From an uncultured Verrucomicrobiae bacterium (GTDB lineage: Bacteria; Verrucomicrobiota; Verrucomicrobiia; Chthoniobacterales; UBA10450), in NCBI GenBank assembly GCA_963834385.1, contig CAWIBO010000002.1, positions 480,001-544,000 of the forward strand: 64,000 nt of DNA, written 5' to 3'. The notes below the pieces were generated by a model. That model had not been told where the DNA came from. It saw nothing but the letters and a program-made list of their open reading frames with translations, and did not search any database. The position numbers were made by a program, and so were the translations under genes. Below are positions 19,446 to 28,105 of this stretch, piece after piece. Numbering within the stretch: position 1 is the first letter of the stretch; each line of letters opens with the position of its first letter.

Positions 19446-19766
19446 ATGAACGAAGCCGACCTGAACGAATCGCTGCGGCAACTGGGCCGGGGAGCCGCTC
19501 TCCCCGCGACTTTCGCCCCAAACGTCTGGCGCGAGATCCGGCAGCGCCGTGAGGCCGAGCCGGCGGGATGGGGCTGGCTTACCTTCTTTTTGTCCGAGCC
19601 GCGCACGGTGGCCGCCTGTCTCTGTGCGGCGCTCCTGCTGGGCATCGGTTCGGCCCGTCTGGCGGGCCCCGGCCCCCGGGACAAGGCCAATGCCGCGCTC
19701 GAGCTGGGCGTTTTCCGCGCAGATTCGCCGGCCCTGCCCGCCACCCTGCTTTCCGGGCGCCTATGA
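19446..19766 (+). CDS. Single-TM anti-sigma-like protein (CnrY position)
   Basis: F..NVWREI N-terminal motif plus TM; stop overlaps the next start. Confidence 0.7.
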   Translation: MNEADLNESLRQLGRGAALPATFAPNVWREIRQRREAEPAGWGWLTFFLSEPRTVAACLCAALLLGIGSARLAGPGPRDKANAALELGVFRADSPALPATLLSGRL

Positions 19767-20212
19767 AGCGGCTCGGCCCGGCGGTGGCTTTGCTCGTGGC
19801 GGTGGCGCTGGTCGCGGCCGCCGCCTGCTGGATCACCCTCCGCCTGGTCGAACGCGAAAAACATCAGCCGCACGATGAGGCCCACGCCTGGATTCACGCG
19901 CAGCTCGGGTTGACCGCGGAACAGGAACAGGCGCTCGCCCCCATCGAGGAACGTTTCGACCGGCAACGCCGCGACGCCATGGAATCGATCCGGCTGGCCA
20001 ACATGGAACTGGCGGAAGCGATCCTGGCCGAGGGGAAGGCTTCGCCGCGAGTCGAGGCGGCCATGGAAAAAATCCACCAGGCACAGGGAAACCTGCAACA
20101 GGCCACGCTGCGCCACGTCTTCGAGATGAAGCCGGTCTTGTCCGCCGCCCAGTATCAAAAACTCCTGAATCTGACTGCAAACGCGCTCTATGAGGTGGAT
20201 CATGCGCGATGA
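19763..20212 (+). CDS. Periplasmic heavy-metal sensor, CnrX/NccX-like
   Basis: TM anchor, HAWIH, IEERF and LQQATLRHVFEM match the CnrX His/His/Glu/His/Met ligand pattern. Confidence 0.85.
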   Translation: MKRLGPAVALLVAVALVAAAACWITLRLVEREKHQPHDEAHAWIHAQLGLTAEQEQALAPIEERFDRQRRDAMESIRLANMELAEAILAEGKASPRVEAAMEKIHQAQGNLQQATLRHVFEMKPVLSAAQYQKLLNLTANALYEVDHAR

Positions 20213-20793
20213 CCGCCGCCCCGCCGGACGCTGATCTCGCGCTGGTGCGCGCCTTGCAGGCCGGCGACGATTCCGCGCTGGACGAGCTGATGGCGCGGCA
20301 CCGCGACCCGCTCTTCCGGTTTATTCTTCGCTACGTGGGCAACGAGGCCGACGCCGTCGAACTCGCGCAGGAGGCGTTCGTCCGGGCCTATTTTGCGATC
20401 GGCCGGTTCAAACCGCGCGCCCGGTTCACCACCTGGCTGCACCAGATCGCGCTCAATCTCTGCCGCGACCATGCCCGGAGTCGCCGGGTCCGCGAGGCCG
20501 CCCGGACCGACCCGCTTGAGCCGTCTGGTCCCGGAGAATACCCGCTTGATCCGGTCTCACCCGCCCCCTCGCCGCGTGATCAGGCCGCCCAAAGGGAGAA
20601 ACTGGCCGCGGTCGCCCGGGGGGTGGCGCAGCTGCCGCACGACCTGCGGGCCGCCTTGATTCTCTCCGCGATGGAACAGCGGAGCCACCAGGAATGCGCC
20701 GAGATCCTCCAGACCACCGCCAAGGCGGTCGAGGTGCGCATTTACCGCGCCCGGCAGCGTCTGCGGGAATGGCTGGACCAGGCCGGTTTTTGA
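20209..20793 (+). CDS. ECF RNA polymerase sigma factor (CnrH-like)
   Basis: AQEAFVRAY, F.TWL..IALNLCRD, region 4 ..KAVEVRIYRAR. Confidence 0.93.
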   Translation: MTAAPPDADLALVRALQAGDDSALDELMARHRDPLFRFILRYVGNEADAVELAQEAFVRAYFAIGRFKPRARFTTWLHQIALNLCRDHARSRRVREAARTDPLEPSGPGEYPLDPVSPAPSPRDQAAQREKLAAVARGVAQLPHDLRAALILSAMEQRSHQECAEILQTTAKAVEVRIYRARQRLREWLDQAGF

Positions 20794-20816
20794 GGGAACC
20801 CCGCCCCGGCATCGTT
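20792..20816 (+). promoter_or_regulatory. ECF promoter copy 2
   Basis: GAGGG-N15-TCGTT, 10 nt before the TolC ATG. Confidence 0.75.
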
Positions 20817-20826
20817 CAAGGAAACG

Positions 20827-22071
20827 ATGCGCTGCCGGTTTCTCCTCCTGCTCCTGCTTTTCCCGGCCGTGGCCGTCCGGGCACCGGCCCTCACGCTGGA
20901 CGAAGCGCTCAGGCTTTCGCTGCGACACAACCCGGAGATCGCGAATCTCGACGCCCGCCTCGCGGACAAACTTGGGACGGCCCTCGAAATCGAGGCGAAA
21001 AAGAATCCTGAGTTCAAGATCACCAACGCCCGCGCCAGCGAACCCGCAGGGCGCGGTCACTTTTTCGAGGCGGAACTCGAGAACACACTGCGGCCCTCCG
21101 ATTTTGGATTGCGTTCCACCTATGCGGCGGCGTTGCGGAGCGCGGCCGGCCTCGAGCAGCAGGCCGAGCTGCTCCGGATTCTCAACGAGACCGCCCGCCT
21201 CTATTATCGAGTCTGGGCCCTGCAGGAGCGCGTCGGCCTTCTGCAAGGAGCGTCGGGAGAAGCCCGCACGGTCCTTGACATTCTCACCGGGCAACTGGAG
21301 GCGGGCCAGAGCAGCCAGGCGCAACAAAGCATTTTCACCGCGGAAGAGCGGCGCTTCGCCGCCGACCTGGCCGCGACGCGGGCCGAGCTGACCACAGCCC
21401 GGATCGAGTTGCAGCGCGCGACCGGTCTGTTCTCCCGGACCTTGCGCGTGGCGCCCGTCTCCCTTTCGCCCATCCCGGACACGTTTGCGCTGAGCGCATT
21501 CGCCGAGACCCGGGCCGGCCTGAGGCAACTGGCGGAAGCGCGCCGGGCCGCCGCCGTCCGGGCAGTGCAGGTGGCCCGGGCCGATGGCATCTACCCCGAA
21601 ATCGCGCCCGGGATTATTTACAGCCGCAACGGCGAACGGCGTGAATCGGAGATCGGCTTCACCGTCGCCGGTCGACTCCCGATCTGGGACCGTAACGAGG
21701 GCGCCGTTGTTCGCGCCCGGGGCGAACTGGCGGCCGCCGAACGCGACCTGGCGGCACTGGACCGCGTCACGCTCGATCGGCTCATTGAATCCCGGCGCGC
21801 GGAGGCACTGGCCCGGCAACGGCGTGCCGTCGCCTTTCGCACCGAGGTTCTCCCGGCCTACCGCGAGGCATACCAGGCGACCCTGGCGCAATTCCGGGCC
21901 GGGCAGGTTTCCGCACTCCAGCTTTTCGAGGTCCAGAAAAGCCTGGTGGAAAACCAGGAACAAGGCTTTGCCCATGCGCTTGATGCGCTGCAGGCGCGGC
22001 TGGAACTCGAGCGCCTGATCGGCGGCAAGATCGAGGAAGTCACCGTTCGTTCGCCTGCCGGAGGAAAATAA
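20827..22071 (+). CDS. TolC-family outer membrane factor (CzcC/CnrC-like)
   Basis: LTLDEALRL...NP, LPIWDRNEG, operon context. Confidence 0.9.
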   Translation: MRCRFLLLLLLFPAVAVRAPALTLDEALRLSLRHNPEIANLDARLADKLGTALEIEAKKNPEFKITNARASEPAGRGHFFEAELENTLRPSDFGLRSTYAAALRSAAGLEQQAELLRILNETARLYYRVWALQERVGLLQGASGEARTVLDILTGQLEAGQSSQAQQSIFTAEERRFAADLAATRAELTTARIELQRATGLFSRTLRVAPVSLSPIPDTFALSAFAETRAGLRQLAEARRAAAVRAVQVARADGIYPEIAPGIIYSRNGERRESEIGFTVAGRLPIWDRNEGAVVRARGELAAAERDLAALDRVTLDRLIESRRAEALARQRRAVAFRTEVLPAYREAYQATLAQFRAGQVSALQLFEVQKSLVENQEQGFAHALDALQARLELERLIGGKIEEVTVRSPAGGK

Positions 22072-23150
22072 TGCGCCAGCTTTTCATCTTCATCATTCTC
22101 CTCGGGCTCGCCGCGCCAGCGCGGCTGACCGCGCATGAGGGACACGATCACAGTGCCGATCTCGCCGCGGAACCAACCGGCACGGGGCCCATTACCCTGA
22201 CCGAAGAGACGATTCGCAACCTCGACGTCCAGACGGAGGAGGCGCAACTGGCCCCCTTGCAGGCGACCCTGGCCATGCCGGCTCGCATTGAGGGCCTGCC
22301 TGAGCGTCACGCCAAAATTTCACCCCGCGCCGAAGGGCGCGTCGTCGAGATCCTGGCCAAGCTCGGCGACCGGGTGGTAAAAGACCAGCCGCTGCTCCGG
22401 TTCCAGCCTCTCTTGGTCGGTAATCCCGAAGTGGTGATAAAGTCGCCCATCGATGGCCAGGTCGTGCGCCAGGATGCCAGTCTCGGCCAGATGCTCACGC
22501 CCGAAACCACCCTGATGGAAGTGGCCGACCATCGCGAAGTGCTGGCCCGGGCCATGAGTTTTGAGCGGAGCGAACTCACCCAGATCCAGACCGGGCAACC
22601 GGCCCGGGTGCGGCTCGATGTTTTCGGCGACCGGATTTTCGAAGGTCGCGTCCAGCGACTTGATGTCGGCATGGCCCGGGAGAGCCGCGTCTTCGAGGTT
22701 TTTGTTCTGCTCGAGAACCCGGAACTGATGCTTCGCCCAAACATGCAGGCAACCGTCTTGCTCGGTCTGGGCGAAGCGCAGGAGGTGCTCTCCGTACCGG
22801 AGCGGGCGCTCCTCGGGGAGATGGGCAACTTTTTCGTTTTTATCCGGAACGGCAGTGCCTTCGAGCGGCGGGCGGTGGTGCTCGGTCTGCGCACGGGCGA
22901 CCGGGCCGAGATTCTCGAGGGCGTCCTGCCGGGCGAACAGGTGGTGACGCAGGGCGGCTACCAGATCCAGTTCGCGACCGCGGCCCCGGCCGCCGCGGAA
23001 GATGAACACGGGCACGAGCACGGGGAGGAGGGCGGCGCCGAACATTCCCACGCACCACCGTGGGCCTGGGCGATCGGCGGTTTCGCCGCCGGCGCTTTGC
23101 TTTTCGGCTGGCTGCTCCGGCGTTCCCCCGCACCCGGTCTCGAGAACTGA
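22071..23150 (+). CDS. RND periplasmic adaptor (CzcB/CnrB-like)
   Basis: AHEGHDH, SPRAEGRV, KSPIDG, LRPNM, GVLPGEQVV. Confidence 0.92.
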   Translation: MRQLFIFIILLGLAAPARLTAHEGHDHSADLAAEPTGTGPITLTEETIRNLDVQTEEAQLAPLQATLAMPARIEGLPERHAKISPRAEGRVVEILAKLGDRVVKDQPLLRFQPLLVGNPEVVIKSPIDGQVVRQDASLGQMLTPETTLMEVADHREVLARAMSFERSELTQIQTGQPARVRLDVFGDRIFEGRVQRLDVGMARESRVFEVFVLLENPELMLRPNMQATVLLGLGEAQEVLSVPERALLGEMGNFFVFIRNGSAFERRAVVLGLRTGDRAEILEGVLPGEQVVTQGGYQIQFATAAPAAAEDEHGHEHGEEGGAEHSHAPPWAWAIGGFAAGALLFGWLLRRSPAPGLEN

Positions 23151-26100
23151 TGTTCGACCGGCTGATCGAGTTTTCCCTCCGGAACCGGCTCCTCGTCGTG
23201 GCCGGCGCGGCGCTGCTTACGGCGTATTGCGGCTACGTCGCCAGCACCCTGCCGATTGACGTCTTTCCCGACCTGAACCGCCCCACGGTGACGATCTTCA
23301 CCGAGGCCGGCGGACTGGCCCCGGAGGAAGCGGAATCACTTGTCACCTTCCCGATCGAAAGCGCCATGAACGGCGCCTCGGGGGTGGAACGCGTCCGCTC
23401 GGTCTCCAGCGCCGGCCTCAGCATCGTCTTCGTCGAGTTCGGTTTCGACTGGGACATCTACCTCGCGCGCCAGGTGGTGACGGAACGTCTCCAGCAGGTC
23501 TCCGCGACCCTGCCGGAGGGGATCAAGCCTGTCCTCGCGCCGATTGCCTCGATCATGGGCGAGATCATGCTCGTCGGCCTCACAAGCGACAATCCGAAGG
23601 TGGACGCGATGGAGCTGCGCTCGATCGCCGATTGGCAGGTGCGGCAGCGTCTGCTTTCCCTGTCCGGCATCGCGCAGATCACGGTCATCGGCGGGATGCA
23701 AAAGCAATTTCAGGTGCTGCTCGATCCGTTCAAGATGCGCCATTTCGGCATCACCCTGCACCAGGTGGAGGAGGCGGTGCGCGCAGCCAACGTGAATTCC
23801 ACCGGCGGTTTCCTCCTCGGGCCCAACACCGAGACGATGATCCGGCTGCTTGGGCGCGTGCAGACCCTGGAGGATCTGGCGGGGTCAATTGTGCCCACGG
23901 CGGACGCGCGCGAGCTTTCACCCACCCTCGCCGATGTGGCGGAGGTGAGGCTGGGCGGTCCCATTGCCCGGCGTGGTGATGCGGGCGTCAACGGCCGGCC
24001 GGCCGTGATTCTCTCGGTCCAAAAGCAGCCTGGCGTCGATACGGTGGAACTGACCGAGCGGATCGAACGGGAACTGGCCGCCATTCAGCGCGGCCTGCCC
24101 GAGGCCGTCAAAATCCATGGGAACATCTTTCGCCAGAGCACCTTTATCCGGAACGCCATCGGCAACGTCGAGGAAGCCCTCCGCGACGGCGCTCTCATCG
24201 TGGCGGTGGTGCTCTTCCTCTTCCTGCTCAATTTCCGCACCACCCTCATCACCCTGACGGCGATCCCGGTCTCTCTCCTCGTGACCGCGCTGGTCTTCCG
24301 CCAGTTCGACATCTCGATCAACACCATGACCCTCGGCGGCCTCGCCGTCGCCATCGGCGAGCTGGTTGATGACGCCATTGTCGATGTGGAGAACGTCTTC
24401 CGCCGCCTGCGCGAGAACCGGCAGCTGGCCCAGCCGCGCCCTGCCCTCGAGGTCGTTTATCGCGCCTCGAGCGAAGTCCGAAATTCCATCGTGGTCGCCA
24501 CCGTTATCGTGGTCCTCGTCTTTGTGCCCCTTTTTGCCCTGGGCGGAATTGAAGGCCGGATCTTCGCGCCGCTCGGCATTGCCTACATCACCAGCATCGT
24601 CGCCTCGCTTTTCGTTTCCCTCACCCTGACGCCGGCGCTCTGTTCCTACCTGCTCCCGAAGATGAAGCGGATGGCGCATGCGCGCGACTCCGCCCTTGTG
24701 CGTTTCATCAAGCGCCTGGAGACGCGGGTCCTGGCCTTTGGCTTCAGGCGCTCGAATCTGGTTCTCGCCCTCTTCGCGGTTCTTCTTCTCGCCGCCCTGG
24801 CCACGGTGCCCTTCTTCGGCCGCGAATTCCTGCCCCCTTTCAACGAGGGCAGCCTGACCATCAACGTTTTCACCCCGCCGGGTACGTCCCTGGCTGAGTC
24901 CAACCGGATCGGCGTCATGGCCGAGCGACTTGTTCTCCAGGTCCCCGAGATCAAGGGCACGGGGCGCCGGGTTGGGCGGGCCGAGCTGGATGAACACGCC
25001 GAGGGCGTGCACTACGGCGAGATCGACGCCGAGCTGCGCGAAAGCAGCCGATCCCGCGATGAAATTTTGGGTGATATTCGGGCGCGCCTCGACCAGATCC
25101 CGGGGATCGCCATCAGCATCGGCCAGCCGATTTCACATCGCATCGACCACATGCTCTCCGGAGTCCGTGCGCAGGTGGCAGTAAAAGTTTTTGGCGAGAA
25201 CCTTTCCGTTCTCCGGGACAAGGCCACCGAGGTCGAGAAGGTCATGAAATCGATTCCCGGCATGGTTGACGTGGTGGCGGAGAAACAGGTGCTCGTCCCT
25301 CAGCTCCATGTGCGGATCGACCGGGAACAGGCGCGCAAGTACGGCGTCACCGCCGGGGAGGTCGCGCAGGATGCCGAGATCGCCATGCAGGGCCGCGTCG
25401 TTTCCCAGGTCCTCGAGGGCAGCCGGACCTTTGCCGTGGTTCTGCGGCTCAGGGACGAGGCTCGCGACGATCTCGACGCCCTTGGCCAGGTGCCGATCGA
25501 CTCGGAGAACGGCGTCCTTGTCCCGCTTAATTTCCTGGCCCGGATCGAGCAGGCCAAAGGCCCGAACCAAATCAACCGCGAGAACGTGCAACGCCGGATC
25601 TACGTCGCGGCCAACGTCGCCGGGCGTGACCTCGACAGCGTCGTCCGGGAACTGCAGCAAAAGATCGCGAGCGAAATCGCGCTGCCGCCGGGCTACTACA
25701 TCACCTACGGCGGACAATTCGAGAGCCAGGCCGCCGCCTCGCGCCTGATCGGGGCTCTCAGCATCATCTCGCTCTGCGCCATCTTCCTTGTCCTCTACGC
25801 CTATTTCCGCAGCACCATGTTCGCTCTCCAGATCATGCTCAATATTCCCATGGCCCTGATCGGCTCGATCACGGGGGTCTGGCTCATGGGAGGCACCATG
25901 TCGATCGCCACCCTTGTCGGCTTTATCACCCTAACCGGAATCGCCTCGCGCAACGGCATCATGATGATCTCCCATTACCTCCATCTCATGCGGGAGGAAG
26001 GGGAACGGTTCACCCGCGAGATGATCGTGCGCGGGACACAGGAACGCCTCGTCCCGGTCCTGATGACCGCCCTGACCGCGGGGTTCGCCCTGCTTCCCCT

Positions 26101-26305
26101 CATCGTGGTGGCCGACGCCCCCGGGCGCGAAATCCTGCACCCGGTCGCCGTGGTGATTTTCTGCGGGATTTTTTCCAGCACGCTGCTCGATTTCATTGTT
26201 ACGCCGCTGGTTTTCTGGCGTTTCGGCGGCCGGGCGGTCGCGCGGGCGCTCGCGGCCGATCCGCCGCGCCCGGTCGAGCCGCGTCCGGCGGCGGCGACGG
26301 CCTGA
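23150..26305 (+). CDS. Heavy-metal RND permease (CusA/CzcA family)
   Basis: LPIDVFPDLNRPTV, GELVDDAIVDVEN, FLPPFNEG, RLVPVLMTA. Confidence 0.96.
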   Translation: MFDRLIEFSLRNRLLVVAGAALLTAYCGYVASTLPIDVFPDLNRPTVTIFTEAGGLAPEEAESLVTFPIESAMNGASGVERVRSVSSAGLSIVFVEFGFDWDIYLARQVVTERLQQVSATLPEGIKPVLAPIASIMGEIMLVGLTSDNPKVDAMELRSIADWQVRQRLLSLSGIAQITVIGGMQKQFQVLLDPFKMRHFGITLHQVEEAVRAANVNSTGGFLLGPNTETMIRLLGRVQTLEDLAGSIVPTADARELSPTLADVAEVRLGGPIARRGDAGVNGRPAVILSVQKQPGVDTVELTERIERELAAIQRGLPEAVKIHGNIFRQSTFIRNAIGNVEEALRDGALIVAVVLFLFLLNFRTTLITLTAIPVSLLVTALVFRQFDISINTMTLGGLAVAIGELVDDAIVDVENVFRRLRENRQLAQPRPALEVVYRASSEVRNSIVVATVIVVLVFVPLFALGGIEGRIFAPLGIAYITSIVASLFVSLTLTPALCSYLLPKMKRMAHARDSALVRFIKRLETRVLAFGFRRSNLVLALFAVLLLAALATVPFFGREFLPPFNEGSLTINVFTPPGTSLAESNRIGVMAERLVLQVPEIKGTGRRVGRAELDEHAEGVHYGEIDAELRESSRSRDEILGDIRARLDQIPGIAISIGQPISHRIDHMLSGVRAQVAVKVFGENLSVLRDKATEVEKVMKSIPGMVDVVAEKQVLVPQLHVRIDREQARKYGVTAGEVAQDAEIAMQGRVVSQVLEGSRTFAVVLRLRDEARDDLDALGQVPIDSENGVLVPLNFLARIEQAKGPNQINRENVQRRIYVAANVAGRDLDSVVRELQQKIASEIALPPGYYITYGGQFESQAAASRLIGALSIISLCAIFLVLYAYFRSTMFALQIMLNIPMALIGSITGVWLMGGTMSIATLVGFITLTGIASRNGIMMISHYLHLMREEGERFTREMIVRGTQERLVPVLMTALTAGFALLPLIVVADAPGREILHPVAVVIFCGIFSSTLLDFIVTPLVFWRFGGRAVARALAADPPRPVEPRPAAATA

Positions 26306-26328
26306 GGGATTGTTTCGGGAATCTCGTT
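26304..26328 (+). promoter_or_regulatory. ECF promoter copy 3
   Basis: GAGGG-N15-TCGTT, 10 nt before ATG 26339. Confidence 0.75.
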
Positions 26329-26338
26329 GAAACCTGTA

Positions 26339-27703
26339 ATGACCAGACTTTGCCTTTTTCTCCTGTTCGCTTTTGGCGCCTCGATTGAGGCCCAGGAACA
26401 TTCCCACGCCGGCGACCGGCACGAGCATCAGACCGGTTCGCCGCATGCGCATGAGGCCGGGGAACCCCACCAGCACCACGAAACGGCCGCCGTTGTTCCC
26501 GCGAGCAACAACGAGGCCTGGGGCATTGTGCATGCCTCGCTCTCCGAAATTCAGTCGGCAGTCGATGCGCGCACCCTGGGCGCGGTGGTTCATGCCGCGG
26601 AGGAAAGGCTGAGCGCCGCCCTCCGCTATCTGCAGACCCATAGCCCGACGGTGACCGGCGACAAAGCGAAGCGCCTCGAGGCGGCCCTGCGCCAGGCCCT
26701 TTCCATCGCCACCGCCGTGCACGCCGCTTCCGATGCGAACGATCACCCGCGCACCGCCGCGGAATTGTCCAAGCTCAACGCGGCCATCAAGCTCGTCGCG
26801 GCGCAGTATGCTGCCGCGGAGATGCAGCCCCCGGCGGGGTTCGTGGTCTATGTCTGCGACATGAAGGACTTCATCGGCGAGCAGCCGGGTGATTGTCCGA
26901 AATGCGGCATGCTCCTCAAGCCGCGGCTGCGCAGTGTGACGGAATCCGGCGTCGTCCATGGTCCCGTCGCCCCCACGCTCGAAATGAGTGCCATCGCTGA
27001 CAGCCCGCCGGCACCGGGGAAAAAGGTCAAAGTGACTTTGACCCTGAAGGACAAGGCTGGGAAACCGGTCACGCCCGCGGATCTGGTCGAGGCGCATACG
27101 GAGAAACTTCACCTCCTTATCATTGACCGAAGCCTGCTCGATTATCACCACGAGCATCCCCGGCCCACCAGCGTGCCGGGCGAGTTTGTCTTCGAGTTTA
27201 CGCCGAGGAAACCGGGACCGTATCGTCTCTGGGCCGATGTCCTCCCGGGCGCGACTAATCGCCAGGAATATGTCCGGACAGATCTTTCCGTTGCCGGTTC
27301 CCCCGGGGCTGTCACGGCCCGCGAGGTAACAATGAAAACAACCATCGAGGGCCTGGAATACAGTCTCACCTTCGACAAGCCGCCGCAGGTTGGGGTGGCC
27401 TCCACCGGGGTCCTGACGATCAAGACCGCCGAGGGCCAGGTCTTCGCCGCGCTCGAGCCGATCATGGGCACGTTCGCGCACCTCGTCGGATTCACGGAGG
27501 ACAATGAATCAATCGCGCACATCCACCCGATGGGTCCCGAACCGACCCAGCCGACCGACCGCGGCCAGGGCGAACTAAAGTTCCATCTCCAGCCCGATAA
27601 ACCCGGTTTGCTCCGCCTTTTTGCCCAGGTCCAAATCGGCGGGGAGAGCAAATTCGCCCCGTTTACCCTGCAGGTGCAACCGGGGCCGGGCGCCACCCCC
27701 TAG
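26339..27703 (+). CDS. Exported His-rich heavy-metal-binding protein
   Basis: Signal peptide, His-rich N-terminus, YVCDM..PGDCPKCGM, two H..HxHP repeats. Confidence 0.85.
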   Translation: MTRLCLFLLFAFGASIEAQEHSHAGDRHEHQTGSPHAHEAGEPHQHHETAAVVPASNNEAWGIVHASLSEIQSAVDARTLGAVVHAAEERLSAALRYLQTHSPTVTGDKAKRLEAALRQALSIATAVHAASDANDHPRTAAELSKLNAAIKLVAAQYAAAEMQPPAGFVVYVCDMKDFIGEQPGDCPKCGMLLKPRLRSVTESGVVHGPVAPTLEMSAIADSPPAPGKKVKVTLTLKDKAGKPVTPADLVEAHTEKLHLLIIDRSLLDYHHEHPRPTSVPGEFVFEFTPRKPGPYRLWADVLPGATNRQEYVRTDLSVAGSPGAVTAREVTMKTTIEGLEYSLTFDKPPQVGVASTGVLTIKTAEGQVFAALEPIMGTFAHLVGFTEDNESIAHIHPMGPEPTQPTDRGQGELKFHLQPDKPGLLRLFAQVQIGGESKFAPFTLQVQPGPGATP

Positions 27704-27749
27704 GCCACCCGTCCGTTCGGCGGGCGCCGTCCGAATCAACGGGGAACCC

Positions 27750-27956
27750 ATGAAGCGAAAAGGCTACTCTGCTCTTCCACTCGCCGTCGGGCGCACCTCG
27801 CAAGGGTTTGCCCGGACGGGCCGATTCGTCTTTCGCCCGCACACGCCTCCCGCCGAACCGGAGACCGGCCGGTTGGCGCGCCTTCTTTCCGAGCTCAAAG
27901 ACGCCAGGGATTCCTTCCAGCCGTTTTTCGCCCTGCGCCGCCCGCGCTCTTCCTGA
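27750..27956 (+). CDS. Possible 68-aa hypothetical protein
   Basis: ATG preceded by GGGGAA; fills the gap before tRNA-Arg; no recognisable motif. Confidence 0.3.
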   Translation: MKRKGYSALPLAVGRTSQGFARTGRFVFRPHTPPAEPETGRLARLLSELKDARDSFQPFFALRRPRSS

Positions 27957-28026
27957 GCAGGCGCGCACCGGGCCGCTTCTTGCATTCCCGCCTCGGCCTT
28001 CGACATTCCCGTCGCCTGGCCGACGG

Positions 28027-28100
28027 GTGTCTGTAGCTCAACCGGATAGAGCAGCTGACTTCGGATCAGCAGGTTGGGGGTTCGAATCCCTCCAGGCACG
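28027..28100 (+). tRNA. tRNA-Arg (TCG)
   Basis: Acceptor GTGTCTG/CAGGCAC, anticodon arm GCTGA-CTTCGGA-TCAGC, GTTCGAAT. Confidence 0.96.
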
Positions 28101-28105
28101 CACCT

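Noticed and set aside
27703..27710. GGCCACCC matching the tRNA-His 3' end, a possible att site of a metal island
   Set aside because: Only 8 GC-rich bases and no integrase, so compatible with chance.
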